Positions 18,015-25,204 of a DNA stretch of 25,204 nt are shown piece by piece. The stretch is from Bdellovibrionales bacterium. GTDB taxonomy: Bacteria; Bdellovibrionota; Bdellovibrionia; Bdellovibrionales; UBA1609. Numbering within the stretch: the first letter of the stretch is position 1; the number at the start of each line of letters is the position of its first letter. Both the position numbers and the translations under genes were made by a program. Location of the stretch: NCBI GenBank assembly GCA_020435185.1, contig JAGRAA010000032.1, positions 1 to 25,204 on the forward strand, read 5' to 3'. The notes under the pieces are model-generated. The model worked only from the letters and a program-made list of their open reading frames with translations. It had not been told where the DNA came from and searched no databases.

Positions 18015-18701
18015 TTATTTGTTACGAAGATCTTCTAAAACAATCTTCGCAACGGCGTGAGGGTTATCCAAGAGTAGCCTATGTCCTACTCCTGGAATAA
18101 AAATAAAACTTTCATCCGACAGCTTTTTATAAAGAGGATAATATTTTCTGTCTTCCTCCCCCACAAGAACTCTAACCTTGGAGTCTTTTACAAAAGCCAT
18201 AAGATTTAAATCATGTTTTGCTGGAGACCAGTTGTCTAAAGCCAAAGCCAGTTGCTTTTTATCAAATTCACTTTCTTTTCTGTCGTAATTTTGAGATCCC
18301 TTAAAAATATCCAAAGAATTCCATTCCCATAAAAATTCTGAAAAGTTTAGACTACTCAGTCGGCTTACCCATTCTTGATCCCAAAGAGTTCTCTGAGCTC
18401 GATTCTCTATGGGAAACACATTCACTGAGAGCAAATAAAGCCTATTTATAAACTGAGGATATCTCGAAAAAAACTCCAGTGCGAGACGCCCACCCATTGA
18501 GTAGCCCAAAATGTTTACAGAAGAAAACTCATCTTTTAACCTGGAGTAAAGTTGGTCTGAAAAGTCATTAAAATTCAAATGGGCTCCAAGACCTCTAGAA
18601 TCATGCAATGAAGGAGCTTTTATAGAAAGATTCATCTCACGAGAAAGATCATCAAAGTCTGAAGGCAATCCCAAAAAACCATGTAATCCTACAAAATTCA
18701 T
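18015..18701 (-). CDS. menH: SHCHC synthase (alpha/beta hydrolase)
   Basis: LHGFLG, GYSMGGRLAL, GEED.K, GHRL; lies between menD and menB; TAATG overlap with menD. Confidence 0.8.
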   Translation of the reverse strand: MNFVGLHGFLGLPSDFDDLSREMNLSIKAPSLHDSRGLGAHLNFNDFSDQLYSRLKDEFSSVNILGYSMGGRLALEFFSRYPQFINRLYLLSVNVFPIENRAQRTLWDQEWVSRLSSLNFSEFLWEWNSLDIFKGSQNYDRKESEFDKKQLALALDNWSPAKHDLNLMAFVKDSKVRVLVGEEDRKYYPLYKKLSDESFIFIPGVGHRLLLDNPHAVAKIVLEDLRNK

Positions 18702-20236
18702 TAGACAAAACTCTTTAGCTCATCCCAAACTTTTCTAGTTTGGTCGTTGTCCGGTCGAAGCTCAATAAACTGTCCACCTTTTAAATCAATGACTTGGTTC
18801 GTACGAACATAATCCAACTCATACATATCGGCGATGCCTTTAAAACTGAGTTCGTGACCAACTCGTAACCAATCTTGGGTCAATGGGCTTATTCCTCTAT
18901 TCGAAAAGATTTTGTTAAATAATTCTCCACCCTCATTGTTAACAACAATTTGGCAAAACTGACTCTTCAGGTGCCTATTAAAACTCCGCAAAGGCCAAAA
19001 CCCAGAAAGGTCATACAAACAGGTCAAATCTCCAAGTACAGAAACCAAAACTTCACTTTCACTAACCAAACCCATAGACTGAGAAACTTGTCCATCGATT
19101 CCATTTGTCCCTCTGCTACTATAAACCCCTGCCAAAGTATTCTCAGCTTTCAAGCAAAAATCCAATATTCGAATAGGAGAGCTGTTACTGACAAACAGAT
19201 TCTCTGTCTTTATTAAGTGCAGTATTTGTGCAAACAGCGCTTGTTCAGAAAGTGGGTAGAGATCTAATACTTGATCCACCTTTTCTTTCCATTTCCTATT
19301 CTTAAAAAGAATTTCACTTATCTCTTGCTCCTTCCAAGAGCTTTCAGAAATACTCGAAAATTCATTTAAAGAATCCAACGTGAACGGTGAATCCTTTAGG
19401 TAACTCAATCCAGAAAACGAAACTCTAGAAAAATTCTTAACCCGAATTTTTCTGGCTTCTAGATCTCTCCACAGTCTAAGAGTTGGTACTCCCCCAATCC
19501 GAATGACTCCATCAAATAAGTCGATGTAATTTTCAATAAATCCCTCATAACTATAAATTCGGTGAGGATAATCCGCCAATTCATTGTGCAAGTTTGAGTG
19601 CGCCTCTACCAAAACAGGAAGAGGGTGCTTTTGCAAAAAATCTAGAACTACTGGTTTATCTTTTTGCTCTAACTGCGAAAGAATAACCAATGGTTTTTTC
19701 ATCGGACGATCTTCTGAAAATCCATCAAAAGAATTCAAATCCTGATTAAAAGACTGAACGTTTGGCTCTTCTAAACACACATTTATATGTATAGGTCCAC
19801 CCGGTACAAGAAAATTCAATTCTTCAAAATCGTCATTCACGAGATCATAAGACTTCATACAATGGCTATTAAATATATGCTGCTGATCTACCGTTTGAGG
19901 AGCCCCACTCCCCCTAAATTCAACTGGCCGATCCGCAGTAACTACTATTAACGGATAATTTAAAAAATAAGCTTCCATTACTGCCGGTAAAAGTTCTGCA
20001 ACGGCAGATCCTGATGTTGTTATTACGGCGCTCGGATGACCCGTCTTTTTAATTCGACCTATAGAATAAAATGCAGCAGAGTTTTCGTTAAAAAAACTTT
20101 TTACATGAGCCTGATGCTCCTCACTCAGCGCTTGTAAAAGAGGAGTGTTTCTTGCCCCCGCGCAAACACAAAATTCTTTGACCCCATAATTTAAGAGTTT
20201 ACCTATAATAAATTTGGCCTTTTCTTGATTATTCAT
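18701..20236 (-). CDS. menD: SEPHCHC synthase (ThDP-dependent)
   Basis: CAGARNTPL, ENSAAFYSIG, TTSGSAVAELLPAVMEA, TADRP, SRGTNGIDG, GDL..LYD...NNEGG. Confidence 0.93.
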   Translation of the reverse strand: MNNQEKAKFIIGKLLNYGVKEFCVCAGARNTPLLQALSEEHQAHVKSFFNENSAAFYSIGRIKKTGHPSAVITTSGSAVAELLPAVMEAYFLNYPLIVVTADRPVEFRGSGAPQTVDQQHIFNSHCMKSYDLVNDDFEELNFLVPGGPIHINVCLEEPNVQSFNQDLNSFDGFSEDRPMKKPLVILSQLEQKDKPVVLDFLQKHPLPVLVEAHSNLHNELADYPHRIYSYEGFIENYIDLFDGVIRIGGVPTLRLWRDLEARKIRVKNFSRVSFSGLSYLKDSPFTLDSLNEFSSISESSWKEQEISEILFKNRKWKEKVDQVLDLYPLSEQALFAQILHLIKTENLFVSNSSPIRILDFCLKAENTLAGVYSSRGTNGIDGQVSQSMGLVSESEVLVSVLGDLTCLYDLSGFWPLRSFNRHLKSQFCQIVVNNEGGELFNKIFSNRGISPLTQDWLRVGHELSFKGIADMYELDYVRTNQVIDLKGGQFIELRPDNDQTRKVWDELKSFV

Positions 20237-21291
20237 AATCCTAACATCTGCTTTACTGAGTTTCTCTTAACCTCAAGCTCTTTCCATTCTTTTTTAATTT
20301 GGCTCTTTTCTACAATACCACACCCAGAGTACAGCTTTGTCTGACGTCCATCCCAATATAAATTTCTGATAGCTACAATACAGAACCCCTCCGACAAGTT
20401 CGATTGAAACCCAAACGGAGCTCCAAATATACCTCTTGCAGAATCAGACACTTCCGTCAAAAACCAATTTAAATTAGATTTCTTCGGAAATACACCCAAA
20501 GCAGGGGTCGGATGAAGTTGTGCAACGATCTGATCAAAACTAAACTCAGACTGTAGTATGCAGTTCACTTCTGTTTTCAAATGAGTCAAAGAGCCCACAC
20601 ATTGCTCTTCAGTTTTACCCCAAGTATTTTGACCCAGATCCATCAAAGCCTTATCCATTTCTTCGACAACCAGTCTATGTTCAAAAATCTCTTTTTCATC
20701 ATTCAATAAAGAGGCCGAACAGTGAGACTCTTTTGTTCCAGCCAAAGCCATTGAAAATAAGTTCTTCCCATTTTTTCTAAATAAAACTTCTGGAGTTAAA
20801 CCAAGAACCCCACCTTCATCATCCCAGTATCCATAGAGATAGTTTGAATCAGATGTTTTTAAAGCCCTCGTTATAAAATGACTAATTTCAAAAGAGGTCA
20901 GGCACCCCTCTGAAGACTCGTAGGTTACCGGAACAGCCTTGCTAATCTTACCCATTTGAATATGATCTTGAATTCTTATAAACTTATTTTCAAATTCAGA
21001 AAAAATTGCCGAAGACCATTGTCTTTTATTTTGGCCAGGCTGAATCGGAACTCTTTCCATAAATTCGCGCAATTCGTCTTTTGAAAGATAACTATAGTTT
21101 GAAAAGACTCTCCAAGGCCTAGATTCACTTAAATCGAAGTTCTGCTTGAAGAATCCCGCTCCTTGACATGATGCATTAGCGCTTAATTCACCCCAACCTA
21201 GGACAAAGAGATCCCGAGAAAGCGATAATATGGCTCCTTTTTTCAAAAAGCTGTCGATAGAAACAAAGTTTTTCATAGGGTCAGTTAGCAA
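20233..21291 (-). CDS. menF: Isochorismate synthase
   Basis: ALAGT, EHRLVV, HL, LHPTPALG, GAPFG, IRN, YSGCGIV..S....EW.E...K. Start uncertain (TTG 21291 or ATG 21276; see findings). Confidence 0.88.
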   Translation of the reverse strand: MLTDPMKNFVSIDSFLKKGAILSLSRDLFVLGWGELSANASCQGAGFFKQNFDLSESRPWRVFSNYSYLSKDELREFMERVPIQPGQNKRQWSSAIFSEFENKFIRIQDHIQMGKISKAVPVTYESSEGCLTSFEISHFITRALKTSDSNYLYGYWDDEGGVLGLTPEVLFRKNGKNLFSMALAGTKESHCSASLLNDEKEIFEHRLVVEEMDKALMDLGQNTWGKTEEQCVGSLTHLKTEVNCILQSEFSFDQIVAQLHPTPALGVFPKKSNLNWFLTEVSDSARGIFGAPFGFQSNLSEGFCIVAIRNLYWDGRQTKLYSGCGIVEKSQIKKEWKELEVKRNSVKQMLGL

Positions 21292-21338
21292 AAATCTCTG
21301 TTTTTGCCAACATAATCCCCTCCAACAGGTGCATAGAT

Positions 21339-21367
21339 TTTATAATGTAAATTGCCCTGTGCTTCAA
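21339..21367 (-). promoter_or_regulatory. Candidate sigma70 promoter of the men operon, TTGAAG-17-TATAAA
   Basis: -35 at 21367-21362, -10 at 21344-21339. The -10 overlaps a plus-strand TATAAT (21341-21346) facing the DAHP synthase gene. Confidence 0.5.
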
Positions 21368-21371
21368 AAAA

Positions 21372-22184
21372 GTGTATCAAGAACATGTGAAAACAAATAC
21401 TCATATAGTTAAAGTCGGAAATATCGAAGTAGGCCGTGATTTCGTGGTTATGGCAGGTCCTTGTTCGCTAGAGTCAAAAGAGATCTTCGACGCCACAAGC
21501 GAGGCGGTTAAGAACTCTGGTGCTCAAGTTATTAGAGGTGGCATTTTTAAATTACGTACTAACGCCAAGAGCTTTCAAGGTATTGGTGCATCCGCTTTTG
21601 AATATGTTAACGAGGTAAAAACAAAATTTAACCTCCCCTTTGTCTCAGAAATTACAGACCCCAGACAGCTTGGCGACTTATATGACGTCGTAGATTGCTT
21701 TCAAGTTGGATCTCGTAATATGCATAATTATGAACTACTGAAAGAGCTCGGCAAAACCGACAAACCTATTCTCTTAAAAAGAGGATTTTCAGGCTTAATA
21801 TCAGAATGGGTTGCTGCCGCAGAATATATTACTGAAGGTGGAAATGAAAATGTCATATTATGCGAAAGAGGCATCCGTAGTTTTGAATCTGCTACGCGAA
21901 ACACCTTTGATATCAACGCCATTGCCTATATAAAAGCTAATTACAACTTTCCAATTTTAGCAGACCCTTCTCACGCTACTGGAATAAGAGAGCTCGTTGA
22001 ACCCATGGCTTTAGCTGCCGCTGCGGCTGGAGCAGATGGAGTTTTGATTGAAGTTCATCCTGACCCAGATCACGCAAAAAGCGATGGCTTTCAGACATTA
22101 AACTTTCAGCAGTTTGATCAACTCATGAGAAAATTAGAAAAAGTCTTAAATTCACTCGATAGAAAGTTGGCCTCGCATGAGTAA
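21372..22184 (+). CDS. aroF: DAHP synthase type I-beta, catalytic barrel only
   Basis: AGPCSLES, RGGIFKLRT, QVGSRNMHN, LKRG, CERGIR, DPSH, IEVH..P..A.SDG. 270 aa with no N-terminal regulatory domain. Confidence 0.92.
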   Translation: MYQEHVKTNTHIVKVGNIEVGRDFVVMAGPCSLESKEIFDATSEAVKNSGAQVIRGGIFKLRTNAKSFQGIGASAFEYVNEVKTKFNLPFVSEITDPRQLGDLYDVVDCFQVGSRNMHNYELLKELGKTDKPILLKRGFSGLISEWVAAAEYITEGGNENVILCERGIRSFESATRNTFDINAIAYIKANYNFPILADPSHATGIRELVEPMALAAAAAGADGVLIEVHPDPDHAKSDGFQTLNFQQFDQLMRKLEKVLNSLDRKLASHE

Positions 22185-22905
22185 TATAGTTTCACAAAAC
22201 TCGACTGGACCGAATCCCGACTATATTAAAAATTTATTTAACTCTATTTCAGCAAGCTATGATCGAACCAATACTTTTATAACTATGGGTCTCCATCAAT
22301 CTTGGAGAAAAAAATTGATAGAGCTTAGTGATGCTCAACCCGGAGACAAAGTCTTAGACTGTGCCACAGGCACTGGTGATTTTGCTATTGCCTTCAAGCA
22401 GATTTTAGGGCCAAAAAGTTTAGTTATCGGAAGCGATTTTTGCGAAGGCATGCTTGATCAAGCAAAAATTAAGTCGAACCAACTTAAACTTGATGTTCAA
22501 TTTGAACAAGCCGATGTCTTAAATTTACAATATGAGGATAATTCTTTTGATGTCGTAAGTATTGGTTATGGAATTAGAAATGTTGCTGATACCAAAAAAG
22601 GCATTCAAGAGATGGTTCGCGTTTTAAAACCAGGGGGAAGACTTCTCATTCTAGAAACCGGAAGCAATCAAAGCTCTCTACTAAAACCATTTATTTCTGT
22701 CTATTTTAAGCTCGTTGTCCCGATGATTGGAGCTCTTTCTAGCGGTAATAAAAAGGCCTATCAATACCTCAATCAATCCAGCCTAAAGTTTCCGTGCGGA
22801 CTAGAGTTCATTGATTTAATGAACTCTACAGATCAGTTTTCTCACCTTGGGTTTAAAAAACTTCTAGGAGGAGCCAGCTTTATTTATAAAGGGATAAAAA
22901 GGTAA
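22177..22905 (+). CDS. menG: Demethylmenaquinone methyltransferase (UbiE/MenG)
   Basis: FNSISASYDRTN, VLDCATGTGD, SIGYGIRNV, RVLKPGGRLLILE, Y.YL..S...FP. Overlaps the aroF stop by 8 nt. Confidence 0.92.
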   Translation: MSNIVSQNSTGPNPDYIKNLFNSISASYDRTNTFITMGLHQSWRKKLIELSDAQPGDKVLDCATGTGDFAIAFKQILGPKSLVIGSDFCEGMLDQAKIKSNQLKLDVQFEQADVLNLQYEDNSFDVVSIGYGIRNVADTKKGIQEMVRVLKPGGRLLILETGSNQSSLLKPFISVYFKLVVPMIGALSSGNKKAYQYLNQSSLKFPCGLEFIDLMNSTDQFSHLGFKKLLGGASFIYKGIKR

Positions 22906-23186
22906 CAGTTCCCTATTCACCTTGCAGGTAGTCAACATAAACTGGCTCACAAAAATGTTGTTAGATTGTACTCCTCCGACCTCTAACTATTTTTTTTAAA
23001 ATGAAAATCTGTATTTCGGTCGGTACTTTCCAAAGTGTAACTTTGGAAAGTCCACAACGAGCCACCTAATTCATTAAAGAAACAAAACTTTTCGAGGCGT
23101 GAGGGGTAAGATAACAACATTTTTGTGCGCCAGTTTATAGTCAATACACTGACTACCTGCAAGGTGAATAGGGAACTGTTACCTTT
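22898..23186. repeat. 289-bp long degenerate palindrome (REPIN/MITE-like, non-coding)
   Basis: Perfect 37-bp terminal inverted repeats (22898-22934, 23150-23186); a second 27-bp IR with one mismatch (22937-22963, 23112-23138); weaker symmetric matches further inward; central 12-bp perfect hairpin. Mobility is inferred only. Confidence 0.85.
23025..23051. repeat. Central perfect hairpin ACTTTCCAAAGT-GTA-ACTTTGGAAAGT
   Basis: 12-bp arms at 23025-23036 and 23040-23051, centred at 23038, the same axis as the inner IR. Confidence 0.85.
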
Positions 23187-24969
23187 CTAAATACTTTTTC
23201 CAAAATTCGCGCTGTTTTTCTCCTTGCATGAAAAACATCTTTTCCCCTGAAAAATATTGGCATCGGTACTGATCAGCCAATTCCATTCCTGGTGAACTTT
23301 GTGAATAATTCAAATCTATTACAAATTCAGGCTGCCAATTTTTTGGGGGCATAACAGATTCTCCCATTCTGTTTCTGCCCACTGCCCATAGTAGATATTT
23401 AGGGCTAGGAGCGTTCTCTCCCGCTCCTTCTCGAGCGGAGTAAAACTTTGCCTGAGGAATCGCTTCTTTCAAAATATTCAATGTTCCTCCGCCTCCCCAT
23501 ACGGCAATTTCACTATCTTTATCAACATTTTTCACTAACTCAGCTATTCCAAAAATATCAGTGTTTGTCCCTTTCCAAGAATCACCATAAACTATGGTGT
23601 TCGTCGACAGAAACTCATTGCTATCATCCACAAGTTGAAACATCTTTTTCTTTAACGGAGAAGTTACTGCCGCAGCTCTTAATCCAAGAGTCTTCAAACT
23701 GTCTAATACTTCTTTTGTTAGTTCGTCTTCATCCATTTGAATTCTATATACGGGCATATCATAATCGTTAAAAAACGGCTGTTGAAAAGTTGGCGTCCAA
23801 GACTCGCTCAATGGACTTCCCATAATAGCAGCAAAAAAAGTTGGGCCTTTAGACCCCTCTTCTTCTCCTCTTGGATAATTTATAATTTCTGTCAACAACG
23901 GCTGATCCATTGCTGAGCCATTTAAATCATCTTTAAAAAAACTCAAAAAATTATCGAAGCAAAAATGACTTCTATACCAACTCCATCTTCCATTTTTAGA
24001 CATTGGCAAAAAGATTCTCTTTCTTTTATCCTTGGACCACCATTTATGACCAATCATCAGCTCTTTAAAATTATCAATAGGAATTGCTAACTTGAAAAAT
24101 CGAGCATTTTGACTTTCAAGAATTTTTAGAGTTTTATCAATACTTCCCTCTATTTTTTCGTGACACGAAACTATATCTGGCTTTTTAATATCGCAAGATT
24201 TAACTTCTAAAGCCAAATCCACAATACTGTCTTTTAAATCAAAACTTTGTAAGTAAGATTTTTCTTTTCTAATGCTATATAAAATCTTCTTTTGCTCAAT
24301 CTTTTCAACAGCTCTTTTAGCCATTTCTTGAGTTAAAACATCATCTCTTATTTCAAAAAAATTTATCCATTTATCGTATTGTTCAAGAATAAGCTCTAAT
24401 CGCTTAATACTATTAGCTTGTATTGTATAAGAATAAGGTATGGTTCTCTCTATTAACCCTAAAAAGAATCTCTCTCCATCGTCGGCGTCGATTTTTCCTT
24501 CTCGCAAAACAATTTGCTCATCATAAACCTCACTATAATATACATCTCTAGCACTTTTTCTTTTAAAGTATTCTTCTAAATTTGTGATATTTTTCTCTAG
24601 TCTAGGACGGTTTAAAAAAACTCGCCCCATTTCATCTGAGGCTCTTCTTACCCAAATCACGTTTACATCTGAATCAAAATGATCATTAAACCCAGCGCCA
24701 ACAGATATAAAAGTCTTTTGCTTTCTAGATCTAGATAGTTCGAGCAATCTTTCAAACTGTGTACGCTCTAATTTTCTGAAGTAATCTTCTCCTTTTTCTA
24801 AAAAAATCTTTGTGATTGATCCTTCAGAGTTTTCAATTTCTTCATCTAAATCATAAACATGAACATTCTGAATTTGTTCATCATAGTATTTTTTGATGCG
24901 CTTTAAAAAACTAGATTTACCAACACCACGATGACCTATTAAAACATTAATTAATTTCTGACTAGACAT
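23179..24969 (-). CDS. Trifunctional shikimate kinase / type I dehydroquinase / shikimate dehydrogenase fusion (AroK-AroD-AroE)
   Basis: 596 aa. Kinase: GHRGVGKSS, DLD, GEDYFRKLE, RPRL. DHQase I: EIRDD, SIR, SCHE, FKLA, WYRS, MDQP. SDH: GSPLSESWTP, VTSPLK, TNT, GTNTD, GGGG, MQG. Confidence 0.85.
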   Translation of the reverse strand: MSSQKLINVLIGHRGVGKSSFLKRIKKYYDEQIQNVHVYDLDEEIENSEGSITKIFLEKGEDYFRKLERTQFERLLELSRSRKQKTFISVGAGFNDHFDSDVNVIWVRRASDEMGRVFLNRPRLEKNITNLEEYFKRKSARDVYYSEVYDEQIVLREGKIDADDGERFFLGLIERTIPYSYTIQANSIKRLELILEQYDKWINFFEIRDDVLTQEMAKRAVEKIEQKKILYSIRKEKSYLQSFDLKDSIVDLALEVKSCDIKKPDIVSCHEKIEGSIDKTLKILESQNARFFKLAIPIDNFKELMIGHKWWSKDKRKRIFLPMSKNGRWSWYRSHFCFDNFLSFFKDDLNGSAMDQPLLTEIINYPRGEEEGSKGPTFFAAIMGSPLSESWTPTFQQPFFNDYDMPVYRIQMDEDELTKEVLDSLKTLGLRAAAVTSPLKKKMFQLVDDSNEFLSTNTIVYGDSWKGTNTDIFGIAELVKNVDKDSEIAVWGGGGTLNILKEAIPQAKFYSAREGAGENAPSPKYLLWAVGRNRMGESVMPPKNWQPEFVIDLNYSQSSPGMELADQYRCQYFSGEKMFFMQGEKQREFWKKYLER

Positions 24970-25204
24970 TCAATATATCCCAAAAATCCGGAAAGCTCTT
25001 GTTTACAATCTGCCGATTTTTAATGTTAACAGGAATTTCTTTCTTAAGCAAAATCGCAGCAGCCATAGCTAGTCTAGGATCGCCTTCACAATCAAAGTCA
25101 AACTCATGACTAAAGTTTGATACTGGACTTAATATTTTTAACCTATCAGTTTCTCTTTCTATTCTTGCTCCCGACCGCTGAAGCAACTCTTCTATTTTTT
25201 GAAC
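24962..25204 (-). CDS. aroA: EPSP synthase, C-terminal fragment (gene extends beyond the window)
   Basis: GDPRLAMAA...VNKSFPDFW resembles the EPSPS C-terminus (DHRxAM...KSfPxF). The frame is open to the window edge; 8-nt overlap with the aroKDE start. Confidence 0.8.
   Translation of the reverse strand, partial: VQKIEELLQRSGARIERETDRLKILSPVSNFSHEFDFDCEGDPRLAMAAAILLKKEIPVNIKNRQIVNKSFPDFWDILNV

Noticed and set aside
22898-23186. The repeat region as a CRISPR array, tRNA or autonomous IS
   Set aside because: The repeats are inverted, not direct with spacers; there is no cloverleaf, no cas gene and no internal transposase ORF.
870-23771. Short ORFs in the track: 870-1073, 5433-5648, 8000-8182, 10937-11131, 14027-14215, 15385-15825, 15635-15832, 16244-16627, 18950-19216, 21230-21412, 21728-21922, 23448-23771
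   Set aside because: All lie wholly or largely antisense to well-supported genes and show no recognisable motifs; treated as shadow ORFs.

Overview
A gene-dense, AT-rich bacterial chromosomal window, probably from the Bdellovibrionota (inferred from a TIGR02147/DUF4423-type regulator and Bdellovibrio-style secreted proteins; not database-checked). The left 4.4 kb is accessory: a LysR regulator converges on a minus-strand four-gene operon (lipoprotein, TIGR02147-type HTH regulator with an in-frame TAA, signal-peptide HExxH/beta-barrel protein, DNRLRE-like lipoprotein) preceded by a perfect 11-3-11 palindrome. The middle is housekeeping: citrate synthase, alpha/beta hydrolase, degenerate SpoIIE/PP2C protein, SirB1-like protein, Na/Pi cotransporter, rsmJ, a second MenA-like prenyltransferase, polyprenyl synthase, and a stand-alone HisKA-like peptide plus receiver protein. 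The right 12 kb is a shikimate-to-menaquinone supercluster (menFDHBACE, a MenI-like thioesterase, DAHP synthase, menG/ubiE, an AroK-AroD-AroE triple fusion, partial aroA). The most striking unexplained DNA structure is a 289-bp end-to-end degenerate palindrome (22898-23186, REPIN/MITE-like) whose terminal repeats supply the stop codons of both flanking convergent genes. I saw no rRNA, tRNA, CRISPR array, transposase or recognisable defence system. All family assignments come from motif recognition by eye.
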